A stretch of 58,794 nucleotides of DNA, the filler included, from Sanchytrium tribonematis (lineage: Eukaryota), in the NCBI GenBank assembly GCA_018985235.1. It is 4 parts of 4 records of this genome, joined end to end, with 100 filler letters (N's around TTAATTAATTAA, not from the genome) between each part and the next. Parts side by side here need not be neighbours in the genome. Positions count along the whole stretch, not along the records: positions 44,233 to 58,794 come from JADGIG010000166.1; 3 more parts are not named here. One strand, 5' to 3'. Both the position numbers and the translations under genes were made by a program. Positions 46,214-56,807 of this stretch are shown here, one piece after another (the stretch's first letter is position 1; every line of letters starts with the position of its first letter). The notes below the pieces were generated by a model. The model was not told the DNA's origin and searched no databases. It worked only from the letters and a program-made list of their open reading frames with translations.

Positions 46214-46483
46214 ATGAAGATGTATTTATTGATTTTATCCATTTTTGCAATATGTGAGGGATTACAAAATGTTGCCAATGTTTGTAAAAATAAGGATCCT
46301 TATTGTTTTAGAACATATCAGCATTACGCAGATTGTTATGATGACAAGTCAAAAACGAAATCAAGTAAGAGAAAAAAGGAAAAATGTAAAAACAAATATA
46401 AACGCACTAGAAATCATTGCATGTCGGAGGATCCAGACTGCTTTTCAAAGTTTCAAGAGTTGAATCGTTGCCTAGAAAATTAG
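46214..46483 (+). CDS. Small secreted cysteine-rich protein with an internal duplication
   Basis: Short signal peptide; C...DP.CF........C occurs twice. Confidence 0.65.
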   Translation: MKMYLLILSIFAICEGLQNVANVCKNKDPYCFRTYQHYADCYDDKSKTKSSKRKKEKCKNKYKRTRNHCMSEDPDCFSKFQELNRCLEN

Positions 46484-46548
46484 AAATAAATGAGGAATCA
46501 TATTTCTAAATCCTATTCATATTTATAGAGACTGTTTATTTATTGGGA

Positions 46549-46830
46549 TTATAAGAGACTCGCGTATAATCTATACAAAATATAACAACTTGCACTACTA
46601 ATCAAAAATAATGAAATTAAAATGAAATATGATTTCACTTGATGTTGACCATCTGGATGACTAAATAATGCATCCATGGGATCATAAAGAGACTCAGGAC
46701 GAGATGGAATGACTGGCTCTAAATCCACTAATAATTTGGGACTTTTCAAGTGTCTTAAATTGGGTAAATGTGGGATTAATTCGGGAGAAGATGGGGATGT
46801 CATTTGGACGGGTTGATAGTCATATTTCAT
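46549..46830 (-). CDS. Small protein with a C-terminal TM helix
   Basis: Pro/Ser-rich N-terminus, hydrophobic tail. Confidence 0.5.
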   Translation of the reverse strand: MKYDYQPVQMTSPSSPELIPHLPNLRHLKSPKLLVDLEPVIPSRPESLYDPMDALFSHPDGQHQVKSYFILISLFLISSASCYILYRLYASLL

Positions 46831-46940
46831 AAGATTTGAGATGGATGAATATTAAATTGAATATTGTGAGTAAATTATTGGATCAAATTTCATTTAGCAA
46901 GCCAATTGACAAAACACGAGGCAAATTCATTTCATTGACT

Positions 46941-47126
46941 TTAAACAATGATGCCTGGCCATAGTACTACAATCATGGTGATCCAACATAATGTGAATCC
47001 AATATTGACCATTTTATTTCTCTTTATTTGCAAATCACTCAATTCTCTTATTTCTACGTCATTGGTTGATTCTGTGGGCAATAATCTCATGTTGGACATT
47101 TCAATGGATCCATCTTCAAGTGACAT
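46941..47126 (-). CDS. Small protein with a C-terminal TM helix
   Basis: Acidic N-terminus, KRNK, then TM. Confidence 0.45.
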   Translation of the reverse strand: MSLEDGSIEMSNMRLLPTESTNDVEIRELSDLQIKRNKMVNIGFTLCWITMIVVLWPGIIV

Positions 47127-47198
47127 TCAAAAATGGACCATCGTGCTTTTAAAATGACACCGTGCAGCAAATGATTGGATATTTGAAATGAGTATTAT

Positions 47199-47417
47199 TT
47201 ATTGATTGGCTGCAATAATCAACAGAATGACAAATGTAGTCACTCCCAATATAATAAAACACACCATCATATACACGATAATGCAATAAAATGATCTATT
47301 TTGTCTATTTTTATAATCTTCAAATAAATCAATTTGACTACATCGATTGCAGAAAGTATTAGAATTAGAATGGATGCTGATGGCGTATGATTCATTTGGG
47401 AAGCTCATACGATTCAT
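47199..47417 (-). CDS. Small protein with a C-terminal TM helix
   Basis: ATG at 47417; long hydrophobic tail. Confidence 0.45.
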   Translation of the reverse strand: MNRMSFPNESYAISIHSNSNTFCNRCSQIDLFEDYKNRQNRSFYCIIVYMMVCFIILGVTTFVILLIIAANQ

Positions 47418-47577
47418 GGGGGGTGTTATGTCGCAAGATGCCAAAAAAATGCGTCATCATCGCACTGGATGACTCCAAATAGGAGCTTGAAAGTGGTTTG
47501 AAAAAATAATGTAATTATTATTACACTTGTCCTTTGATTTACACTTGAAGTTACAAGATTGACACCTAATTATTCAT

Positions 47578-47898
47578 TTAACCAATTGGATAATTCCAAA
47601 ATGGAAAGATGAACCCAGTTTGAATGAAAAACCAAAATAATAAATTCACAATATAAATCAATCTAGATCCCAAATATGGTATTAAAATGAGCCATGTACT
47701 ATATTTCAACACTATTAAAATATATTTATACCATCGATGTTGTTGTAATGATGTATTGGGTTGATTGACATGTGTTTGCATTTCTTGTATAATTTCATTT
47801 TCATGTATTTCAATCATTTGTGATATTTCTGATTCATAATGTGATTCATTTGATGATATTGACAATGTTGTTGATAAATGAGATGCAGTCAAGTCCAT
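47578..47898 (-). CDS. Small protein with a C-terminal hydrophobic region
   Basis: Polar N-terminal half, 1-2 TM segments. Confidence 0.5.
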   Translation of the reverse strand: MDLTASHLSTTLSISSNESHYESEISQMIEIHENEIIQEMQTHVNQPNTSLQQHRWYKYILIVLKYSTWLILIPYLGSRLIYIVNLLFWFFIQTGFIFPFWNYPIG

Positions 47899-48035
47899 TC
47901 AACATATTTGGTATTTAAATATAGTATAAATTCATTTGATTGGTGCATTTTAAATCAACACGAATCAACCCATACGACGTTTTAATCATCTCATGACACC
48001 CTACACACATCTCAGTATAATATTATTTATTAAAT

Positions 48036-48296
48036 TCAATTCAAAATATGATGAAATGGATTCGTATTCATCCAAATCACAAAATTGCAATAATAATAAA
48101 TCAAAATAATAGATAAAATAAAGATACCTGTGAATTTCCAATATTGTCTCATTTTTAATCTGGATCTTTCTTGTTCTTCCCATTGAAATGATTCAAATGA
48201 TTGGAATAATGGGGAAATTATAATGCGACTGGTTTTATCATTTTCATCATAGTGGATGATAGAGGGTGTATTTAATGAAATGGACTTGTAGTACAT
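48036..48296 (-). CDS. Small protein with a C-terminal TM helix
   Basis: Polar N-terminal half, basic patch, TM. Confidence 0.45.
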   Translation of the reverse strand: MYYKSISLNTPSIIHYDENDKTSRIIISPLFQSFESFQWEEQERSRLKMRQYWKFTGIFILSIILIYYYCNFVIWMNTNPFHHILN

Positions 48297-48492
48297 TATG
48301 ATTTGGGGAGATGCAGGTTTTTAGATTTTACTTGATGGTTTTCATTGGTTTAAAGGAATTTGTGTCAAATTCATTGGTGCTTGGAAATGAACCAAGTTGG
48401 ATGCAAAAGGGATATGTATATTTTGTATGTTATGTGCAGATTACATATTTGTGATGGGGCTATTTGTAATTCATTGTGTCATTTTTTGAAAC

Positions 48493-49380
48493 ATGTATTT
48501 TACAATTACTTTTGGATTCAATTTTAAAAATCATGGTCAGTTAATGACATCATTTCGCAGTACTGTGTTATATTCTGGTATGTGCGAATTGGATGATCAT
48601 CAAAGAATGAGTTGCGTTAAAAAACAGAGTGAATGGACATATGAAGATGTAGAACAATATGAAGCAAAAAAAGATGCAAATGTTTATTTACTCAAGTATG
48701 GTGCAGCTATTTCAGAGTATGAAAATGCTATTAATTTAATGAAATGGAATTTGCCTAATATTATCAAATTTTATGAGGTCACTCAGACCCAATTTTCTGT
48801 TACTAGATACATGGAACAATGCATTGGCAGTGTGAGACAACAACATCTACAAAGTAATTTGCCAGTTAATACAGCTGTTGTAAAACACATTTCCAGGGAT
48901 ATTTTGTCAGCCATTCTTCAGTTACATAATAAAGGGTATTTCCATTTGGATATTAAACCAGATAATATGGTAGAATGTGTTCAAGATGACACTGTTGTTT
49001 ACAAATTAATTGATTTTGAGTACATGACTAGTGCCACACAAGTAAAATCAAGAAGTGGCACACCTGAATATGCTCCGGAGAAGGTTAGTTATGATATATT
49101 CTATAGAATTGAAGAGTCAATTGATACTGCTAAATGGGATATCGCGTCATTCTCAAAATCTATTTATGAATTAATTTATCGCATACCTTGTGAGAATCTT
49201 CAGTCTCTGTGCTACAGTGAAGCTGAATCTAGACTAGCACAATTCAAAAAAATCGAGTGGTTTCAAAGTGATGAAATTTACTATGATTTTATTGAATTAA
49301 TGAGAAACACCATGTATTGTAATTTGAAATTAATTCAATCCGCTAATGATCTAATCACTTTAAATTGGTTCACCCGATAA
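48493..49380 (+). CDS. Divergent putatively secreted protein kinase
   Basis: CVKK, YMEQC, HLDIKPDN, LIDFE, GTPEYAP, WDI; no Gly-rich loop. Confidence 0.85.
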   Translation: MYFTITFGFNFKNHGQLMTSFRSTVLYSGMCELDDHQRMSCVKKQSEWTYEDVEQYEAKKDANVYLLKYGAAISEYENAINLMKWNLPNIIKFYEVTQTQFSVTRYMEQCIGSVRQQHLQSNLPVNTAVVKHISRDILSAILQLHNKGYFHLDIKPDNMVECVQDDTVVYKLIDFEYMTSATQVKSRSGTPEYAPEKVSYDIFYRIEESIDTAKWDIASFSKSIYELIYRIPCENLQSLCYSEAESRLAQFKKIEWFQSDEIYYDFIELMRNTMYCNLKLIQSANDLITLNWFTR

Positions 49381-50268
49381 CAAATGTGGCTTAATATTCC
49401 CAATTCCATGCCAAAATGCTTGTAAAACCACGTTATTATTTGAATAAATCACCAATTGCCATAATTCTATCATAAATTCATCAGAAATTAGATCATTTAC
49501 ATTATATACTAATAAATGATCTAAATTACCACTTCGAATAAACCGAATCAATGGTTTTAATAGTTTAGAACATTCAAAATATTTCAAAATACCCCATAAA
49601 ACACGCCATTTTTCATTTAATTGCTTGATCAAATCTACCAAACATCTCATCCAATGCCACATATCTGAATTAGTATTCATTAAAATCAATTGAAAATTCA
49701 ATGATTGAATATAGTCCATCACCATCAATTGATTTAAATCCAATAAATATTGTCTTTTTGGATCATTTTCATTTAATTTTGGATAAGATACTATAAAATT
49801 GGTTGCAAATTGATAATCTGTATAATTAATGAATTGTAATTGATTCAAATGAATTAGAGTAGATGCTAATTTGATTTCATATCCAAATGGATCCAATTCA
49901 AATTGTGTATTCATAAATTCATGATAAACTTGAGTATATTTGACTATCATTTGATGAAATGCATTGTAATATTGTTGACATTCTTGATATGCAAATATCT
50001 TTGAAATAACTATGAATTCTTTGAATGTTAATGAATCATGTTTATAAACAAGGAAGTAATAGAATTTAATAAATAATTTGTGTCGAATAGACTGATGAAT
50101 GCAATGATTTAATAAAATGGGTTGATCAATTTGACGATGTGGTTGATTTAATCTGAAAGATATTCCAATTATAAATGGTAAAATAGAGGATTGATAATCA
50201 GGATGCAGTGATAATTGTACATATGCATGATGCCAGTAATTTGCAAATATCAAATTGAAAATGAACAT
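49360..50268 (-). CDS. Lineage-specific secreted helical family, member 1
   Basis: MFIFNLIFA leader; KFY.F, MIVKY, QYLLDLN shared with paralogues. Confidence 0.7.
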   Translation of the reverse strand: MFIFNLIFANYWHHAYVQLSLHPDYQSSILPFIIGISFRLNQPHRQIDQPILLNHCIHQSIRHKLFIKFYYFLVYKHDSLTFKEFIVISKIFAYQECQQYYNAFHQMIVKYTQVYHEFMNTQFELDPFGYEIKLASTLIHLNQLQFINYTDYQFATNFIVSYPKLNENDPKRQYLLDLNQLMVMDYIQSLNFQLILMNTNSDMWHWMRCLVDLIKQLNEKWRVLWGILKYFECSKLLKPLIRFIRSGNLDHLLVYNVNDLISDEFMIELWQLVIYSNNNVVLQAFWHGIGNIKPHLLSGEPI

Positions 50269-50310
50269 GACGGATGCAACTAGGGGCAATATGAAAATAA
50301 CAGCGTGATT

Positions 50311-50517
50311 TTAATTCAAAACACATCCAAATAGAATAAGAATTACAATAATTGTAAAAATGGCCATTAAAATGTAATATCCATCATTGTGTATTTGATT
50401 TGAGGGATACAATGATTCATAAGTGGGTAATAATGGCTGTGTTTCATTGGATATGGAGAATATGAATACATCTGGATGGTCATTGTGATGGATATCATTA
50501 AAATCATGATGGGTCAT
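50311..50517 (-). CDS. Small protein with an LPxY motif and a C-terminal TM
   Basis: LLPTYESL followed by a hydrophobic tail. Confidence 0.5.
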   Translation of the reverse strand: MTHHDFNDIHHNDHPDVFIFSISNETQPLLPTYESLYPSNQIHNDGYYILMAIFTIIVILILFGCVLN

Positions 50518-50647
50518 TTAGAATTGGGAGACCATTGGTAATTTAATCTAATTTGTGATTGGTGGAAAATTATTAAATTAATTTTCATTGAATTTGTCTC
50601 TTTTCGAAAACATTGACCACTTTGCTAATTGTGTGAAATAATTTTAT

Positions 50648-51579
50648 TTATATAGTGCGTCTCCTTTTTTTTTCAGATACACTCACTTCAATTGGCTGAT
50701 TTTTAATGGCATCACTGATTCTGTTACAAAATTCTTGTACTATAATTACATCATCCTTATATGACAAGTTTGTGTGCCGCACAAATTGGGGTAATTTTAC
50801 CGTGATTCCTTCAAAAAATGATTCATAATCTGGCATTTCAATCAAGTCATCAGCAACACCAAATCGAATCAAGTTGAATAAATGAATCATCGACTCAGGA
50901 CACTCAAATGACGCAGCATGTTTCAAAATAATAGCAATTTCTCCAGTAACTGCTATAACCCGAATGAATTCTTGAATTAATTTATGCTGTGGATACTTTT
51001 CCAATTTTTTATATTCTTGAATCAATAAAAGCTTGTATTTTCTAAGCACAAATGCAGTCATATCATGTATGTATTGTGTTTTTGCAAGTGAATATTCCAT
51101 ATTAGTTTTAAAAGTTGAAAATATCTCAGAACTTACCATTTGATTTGCTGCAAAATCAAAACCAGGTTCCAGTGCTTCCAACGGTGTGTAGGCTACTATA
51201 TGTGCAGATTCAATTTGGTCTAATATGATTTGGTCTTTAACACTCTGCAATATTTCAGAGTAAGCATTCAAATAGTTTTGTATAATATCTATTAATCTAG
51301 ATTTATATCTCGCTAAGTCGGCTGGTGTCGATTCTAAATTGTTAATAGCTTCTTCCAAACCCGTCAATTCCACGATTGTCATGCATACGGATCATTTTGC
51401 ATATAAAAGAAATTATAAAATTTACAAAAATAATCAGTAGTTACTGGCCCCACCCATTCACAGTAACTAAATGATTCCATATACGATTGTGCACCATCAA
51501 TTTGATTAAATAATTGCAATTGATCATTCCAATACAACATGGGATAATTTGCAAATATCAAAAAGAGTTGGATGATCAT
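50648..51579 (-). pseudogene. Secreted helical family, member 2, frameshifted near 51380
   Basis: ORF 51379..51621 carries the leader and YW.DQ/KFY motifs; ORF 50648..51382 continues the alignment (IIQNYL); no GT-AG intron repairs the break. Confidence 0.55.
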
Positions 51580-51751
51580 GGGGTGTTTGAAGGTGGTTGT
51601 ACAATGGAGTAAATAAAACAACTAGGGGATATTTGTGAACTGAAAGAATCCATAATTTGGGATGATATTCAACTACTCATATTCCATCTACTAGTGAACC
51701 ATTTTCATTAAAATGAATTTCAATTCATGTAAAACTAAAAAGGGATCAAAC

Positions 51752-52777
51752 ATGTATTTCATGCTCCCATTATTGTTCGCTTTCGTATTTAAATTCACAA
51801 AGAGCCTGTCACAATCAGTAAATAATGAATATGTAGCATCTGGTATCTGCACATTAGATACTGGAATATCCATCAATTGCATTCGCAAATCCACTAGATG
51901 GCCATCAACATCAAATCATTGCAAAAATCATAAAAGCAAGTCATGTCCAGCACCATTACAACAAGATATTCAACAACACATGCAAAAATATGCAAAACAT
52001 TTGAAATTTTTAATGGGATTTCAAAATAAGCATATTATCACTATTTATCATGTTTCTGAATCTTATACGCCACAAACTAGTTACAAGACATTATTAGTAG
52101 ATCAAGGCAAAGTACGTAAATTGACTAGAGATGTGTCATTTATTGATATTTACATGGAACAATGTTTGGGTGATTTACAGCAATTACATGGCACTAAAAA
52201 CAATAGAATGAAATATAGTGATGTAGAAATCATGATGGTGGATATTTTGAATGCTTTAAAAGCATTACATGCAAATTCCCTCTATCATTTGGATATTAAA
52301 CCAGAAAATATTGTCAAATGTCAATATGGTGATGAAATAGTGTATAAATTGATTAATTTTGGACAATTGACTGATGTTGAAACTGTAGATGAATACCATG
52401 GTACTCTTGAATATGCACCAAAACAAATCAACCAGAGATTTGTTTCAAAAAATAATGAACCATTTTCATTTAATGCAACTCGTTGGGATATCATTTCATT
52501 GGCAAAAACAGTATATGCCATGACATATTTGGAAGAACCACTTGTTACAGTATATGCCATGACATATTTGGAAGAACCACTTGTTACCATTGAACTTCTG
52601 TGTTTTTCATTAGATTTAGATCGTAGAATTCCTTTTGATTTCATGTTTAATGAAAATATTTTTACGAATAATCAATATGTTAAATTCATCACATTTATGG
52701 ATAATGCCATGAATTGCAATTTAAATCGTATTAAATCAGCAGAGAATCTGTTAAAAGAGATTCATAAATTGAAATAA
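51752..52777 (+). CDS. Secreted kinase family member, probable pseudokinase (NFG for DFG)
   Basis: SGIC, CIRKSTRW, YMEQC, HLDIKPEN, LINFG, GTLEYAP, WDIIS. Confidence 0.85.
   Translation: MYFMLPLLFAFVFKFTKSLSQSVNNEYVASGICTLDTGISINCIRKSTRWPSTSNHCKNHKSKSCPAPLQQDIQQHMQKYAKHLKFLMGFQNKHIITIYHVSESYTPQTSYKTLLVDQGKVRKLTRDVSFIDIYMEQCLGDLQQLHGTKNNRMKYSDVEIMMVDILNALKALHANSLYHLDIKPENIVKCQYGDEIVYKLINFGQLTDVETVDEYHGTLEYAPKQINQRFVSKNNEPFSFNATRWDIISLAKTVYAMTYLEEPLVTVYAMTYLEEPLVTIELLCFSLDLDRRIPFDFMFNENIFTNNQYVKFITFMDNAMNCNLNRIKSAENLLKEIHKLK
52508..52585 (+). repeat. Perfect 39-bp tandem duplication (TVYAMTYLEEPLV x2)
   Basis: ACAGTATATGCCATGACATATTTGGAAGAACCACTTGTT occurs twice. Confidence 0.95.
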
Positions 52778-52846
52778 ACACGTGTGTTTTAAAAATCACA
52801 TCATTCAACTTGAACATTTCATCATACTTCAAACTGGGATCAAACC

Positions 52847-53752
52847 ATGTTGATTTGCATTGCACTACGATTTGCAAATATCCAAGTGGGTCCAATTCAT
52901 GATATGGCTATTGGTGTATCTCAAATGAATCCTACTGATTACGGCATTCCAAGTATCAAACAAAATCAAGTGGCTCAAATGCCAACACAACAGACACACC
53001 AGTATCCACAAGTCATTCAACACGAGTCTGCCATGTTGATTGAATTGATCCAATCTTATCAGCCATTTTCATCCACCACTCTCATGAATTATCTCAAAGA
53101 TTATGTAGCCATGGGCATTGATCCATCATCTACATTGGATATCAAGAATGAAAATGGTCATTATCCATTAGATGTGGCATATTTAAACAATAAAATAGCA
53201 GCAGTGGATATTTTAATCGGATTTAATTTCAAATTCATGACTGTTTCAAAAAATGGCAAACATCCAAATTGGTCAAAATTAATTCATTTGATGATTCATC
53301 AACAGAGTTTATTCAAAACACATCATGCACGACATGTCATTGGAGATGACCCAACACCCTATTGGAAATTGAGATGGTTTCAAAAATCAACATTGTGGAC
53401 TGATGAATTTAAAATGGGTATTTTGGAATATGCTGTATTATTGAATCCATATGATTATAGATACATTTCAACCAGACATGAATTTGATCCATTAGAATTA
53501 GAACATTTATTGGTATTTGTCAAGAAAATCAAGAAATTGAAATTGAGTGAAGGAAATAATGCTATTTGGAGTGAAATTAGAGATGCATTAATTGAGAAAT
53601 TAAAGCCTTTATTGCAACAAGAATTGGAACTAGTGGCAAATCAGATTGAGAGTTGTAAAAAATCAAGTAAATTGAAAGAATTAAAAAAGAAACAACAAGA
53701 TTTGATGCATAGATTGTCATTAGTATCAGAACCAGTCAAGATGTATGAATAA
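52847..53752 (+). CDS. Putative secreted protein with one ankyrin-like repeat and a C-terminal coiled coil
   Basis: DIKNENGHYPLDVAYLNNKIAAVDILI. Confidence 0.6.
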   Translation: MLICIALRFANIQVGPIHDMAIGVSQMNPTDYGIPSIKQNQVAQMPTQQTHQYPQVIQHESAMLIELIQSYQPFSSTTLMNYLKDYVAMGIDPSSTLDIKNENGHYPLDVAYLNNKIAAVDILIGFNFKFMTVSKNGKHPNWSKLIHLMIHQQSLFKTHHARHVIGDDPTPYWKLRWFQKSTLWTDEFKMGILEYAVLLNPYDYRYISTRHEFDPLELEHLLVFVKKIKKLKLSEGNNAIWSEIRDALIEKLKPLLQQELELVANQIESCKKSSKLKELKKKQQDLMHRLSLVSEPVKMYE

Positions 53753-53846
53753 ATCAATTTATCTAAATTTTATATCATAATCGAATGGTAAATATTTAAA
53801 CTTTTAGTATAAAATCTAAAATTTATCAAATCATCCTTATTTATTA

Positions 53847-54206
53847 TTAACGATCTTTGCATTGTTGTCGAACCTGACTGCCGCTGTAATGATTGTCACA
53901 CAAAAACTGAATAGTATCGTAGCAAAGACCATCAAGGCCACAGTAACGATTTGCAGCACAATGTTTGTCGTTATTCGTCCACCCACAAGTCCCGTCATCT
54001 GTCGAAACACAAGTTCGGGGTGTACTATAGCGAGGTTGACAATTGCTTTTATAGTCAGGTCCCGTTCCGCAGTAGCCATCGAAGCTGCAAATTCGTCCAT
54101 GTAAACAATGCCTTCCATTGTTTTGTACTCCACAAAAACCATTGTCTGTAACTGGAATCCATTTCTTGGGAGTCGCTGATGTCAGGAATGCCAAAAAGTA
54201 AATCAT
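53847..54206 (-). CDS. Secreted protein with two hevein/CBM18-like chitin-binding modules
   Basis: DNGFCG...C....CS.DGYCG and DDGTCG...C....CGLDGLC. Confidence 0.7.
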   Translation of the reverse strand: MIYFLAFLTSATPKKWIPVTDNGFCGVQNNGRHCLHGRICSFDGYCGTGPDYKSNCQPRYSTPRTCVSTDDGTCGWTNNDKHCAANRYCGLDGLCYDTIQFLCDNHYSGSQVRQQCKDR

Positions 54207-54383
54207 GATTTTCTGGGAACCATCTTCCTTTTATGGAGCTTCCCAGAACTTGCACAAAGTATCATTGGTATGAATTAAATGAGTTGATGCTGATTGGATG
54301 AACAAACCTTGCTCTGCAAGGCAATTGCAAAACACTTTTTGGGAGGACAGAATTTATGAATTACATTCATCAGTAAAAATTCA

Positions 54384-54890
54384 ATGACTGATATTAAACC
54401 ACAAAATATAGTCAAATGTACTTTAAATGGTCATACTATATACAAATTAATTGATTTTGAAAATATGACTCATCAAAAACAATCCCATGCATATCCTGGT
54501 ACACCCCAATATGCGCCCATTCATGTCAATACGTATCTACATTCTATAAATCATCAACTGTATTGGCCCATTCCTCGTAATATTGAAAATATCCATCAAT
54601 CCAATTCTTTTGATGCTGCTAAATGGGATATCATTTCATTTGCAAAATCAATTTATATTCTATTATATCCTACATTTAATATAAAATCATTGGGATATTT
54701 GTGTTTTAATAGTGACAATCAACAAGAATTTATAGATTCAAATGAATTTCCATCTGATGCAATTTATAATGCATTTATTGAATTAATGACACGCACCATG
54801 AATTGTAATATGAATTTAATTCAATCTTCATTTGATGTTGCTAAATTGTTGTGGTTTAATATTGAAAAGGGGTATCTCCTTGAAATTGAA
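54384..54890 (+). pseudogene. 5'-truncated kinase C-lobe remnant running in frame into the next gene
   Basis: Starts at DIKPQN, lacks leader and N-lobe, no stop after WF. Confidence 0.6.
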
Positions 54891-55715
54891 ATGATGTTGT
54901 CATTCGTCATTGCATTTCAATTTATTCGCACAATTATAATGAGTGAGCATGATAATAAAGTAACTGTTTTTGGTTATTGTGATATAGATTCATTTTTAAA
55001 GGAATGCATTCTCAAATCTTTGAGATGGGAATGTACTACCAAATGGGATGAAGATCAAATAACTGAGCATACTCAATATTATCAACCATTATTCACATCT
55101 GACACTGCAAGACACTATCACATGGATTCTAAAATAGAAAATCAAATTTGTTTTTTTAATATTTACTATTTAAAAGCATCAGGAGATATGCAATTTTATT
55201 TAAATCCCGATGAAGATCCAGTCGATCATCAAATGATAGTTGATATGCTAGATGATATTTTAAATGTCATTTATAATTTACATGTTAATGGATATTATCA
55301 TTTGGATATTAATCCAATCCATATTGTCATTTATGCGTCTAATAACAATTGGACTTATAGATTAATAGAATTAGAATCAGTCATAAAATCACCTTATTTT
55401 AATATTGCTGATGTGACATATGGCGCACCACCCTATTTTCCAAAACTGAACAATGATATAACATTTGATTCTGCTAAATGGGATATTATTTCATTTGCAA
55501 AATCAATTTATAAATTAATATATAGAGGAACAACAGATGAGAATATGAAATCATTGTGTTTTAGTGAATCAACACAACATGTATTCCCACACACTGAATT
55601 CTTTCCATCTGATGATGATTATAATGGATTTTTGAAATTAATGGAATATACCATGAATTGTGATATTAGTCAAATTAAATCTGCTGCAGAATTAATTGAA
55701 ATGAGAATGAAATAA
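54891..55715 (+). CDS. Secreted kinase family member, pseudokinase
   Basis: Own leader MMLSFVIA|FQF; CILKSLRW, HLDINP, ELE for DFE, WDIISFAK. Confidence 0.7.
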   Translation: MMLSFVIAFQFIRTIIMSEHDNKVTVFGYCDIDSFLKECILKSLRWECTTKWDEDQITEHTQYYQPLFTSDTARHYHMDSKIENQICFFNIYYLKASGDMQFYLNPDEDPVDHQMIVDMLDDILNVIYNLHVNGYYHLDINPIHIVIYASNNNWTYRLIELESVIKSPYFNIADVTYGAPPYFPKLNNDITFDSAKWDIISFAKSIYKLIYRGTTDENMKSLCFSESTQHVFPHTEFFPSDDDYNGFLKLMEYTMNCDISQIKSAAELIEMRMK

Positions 55716-55745
55716 ATTAAGGATAAAACTAGGAGATTTTTAAAA

Positions 55746-56711
55746 ATGTTTGCCATTTACGCATTTCAATTTGTTTTCGATAAGACTATACTGGTGACAC
55801 CGCGGAATACTTTTTTTGATTCTGGTGATTGCATTGTAGAAAATGATTTAAGAGTTCAATGTATTCGTAAATCTACTAGATGGCATCAGAAATGGGAAAT
55901 ATCATATAAGCAACAAGTATGTCATGAACCGGATTATCATTGTAATTATCTTGCAGGCATTCATGAGCAAGAAAATGTAAATTTGTTAATTGGATTGAAT
56001 TTACAAAATATTGTCGAATTTTACAAAGTAGAACAAATTCAAGGCAGTTCAGACAATTTTGTATCATTATATACATCACGCGCAATAATAAAGAGCACGC
56101 ATGTATCTATGGTGAATATATATATGGAAAAATGTGAAAGAAACATTTATGAATTGCATTTATTGAGAAACAATCGAGTTCAAATGGCATTTAATAATGT
56201 CAAACAAATGTCTAGAGATATTTTAAATGCAATATCTGCACTGCATCATTTGGGATATTATCATTTGGATATAAAACCACAGAATATTGTAAAATGCATA
56301 AATGGCGTGTATAAATTGATTGATTTTGAGTATTTGACTAGTCATAAGATGGTACATGCATATCATGGCACCCCACCTTATTCTCCAAAGCAAGTGAATG
56401 ATTTCTTGATGAAAGTAAAATATGACAAAGTTTCAAAAAATTCTAATTTATTTGATGCTGCTAAATGGGATATCATTGGATTTGCAAAATCAATATATCA
56501 TATGATTTATATCACATTTTCACCTCAAGAATTAGATAATTTATGTTATAGTGATAAAAATCAGTATTTATTTCCAAATATTAAAATATTTCCATCTCTT
56601 GATGTTTATAATGAATTTATTGAGTTGATGATGAATATTATGAATTGTAATATGAGATATGTGGTATCTGCAAAGCAAATGGCTCGTTTAAAATGGTTTC
56701 GAAATGTATAA
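55746..56711 (+). CDS. Secreted kinase family member with intact catalytic motifs
   Basis: SGDC, CIRKSTRW, YMEKC, HLDIKPQN, LIDFE, GTPPYSP, WDI. Confidence 0.85.
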   Translation: MFAIYAFQFVFDKTILVTPRNTFFDSGDCIVENDLRVQCIRKSTRWHQKWEISYKQQVCHEPDYHCNYLAGIHEQENVNLLIGLNLQNIVEFYKVEQIQGSSDNFVSLYTSRAIIKSTHVSMVNIYMEKCERNIYELHLLRNNRVQMAFNNVKQMSRDILNAISALHHLGYYHLDIKPQNIVKCINGVYKLIDFEYLTSHKMVHAYHGTPPYSPKQVNDFLMKVKYDKVSKNSNLFDAAKWDIIGFAKSIYHMIYITFSPQELDNLCYSDKNQYLFPNIKIFPSLDVYNEFIELMMNIMNCNMRYVVSAKQMARLKWFRNV

Positions 56712-56807
56712 ATTGAATAAATGCATAAAAATAGCCTAAAATTGTAGATATTTTGACAAATATTAACAAATATACTCCTTGTAAAACAGTCGTTGTCAAT
56801 AAAAAGT

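Noticed and set aside
54384..55715. A genuine tandem double-kinase protein
   Set aside because: The first domain lacks its N-lobe and the second has its own leader at 54891; better explained as a remnant abutting a separate gene.
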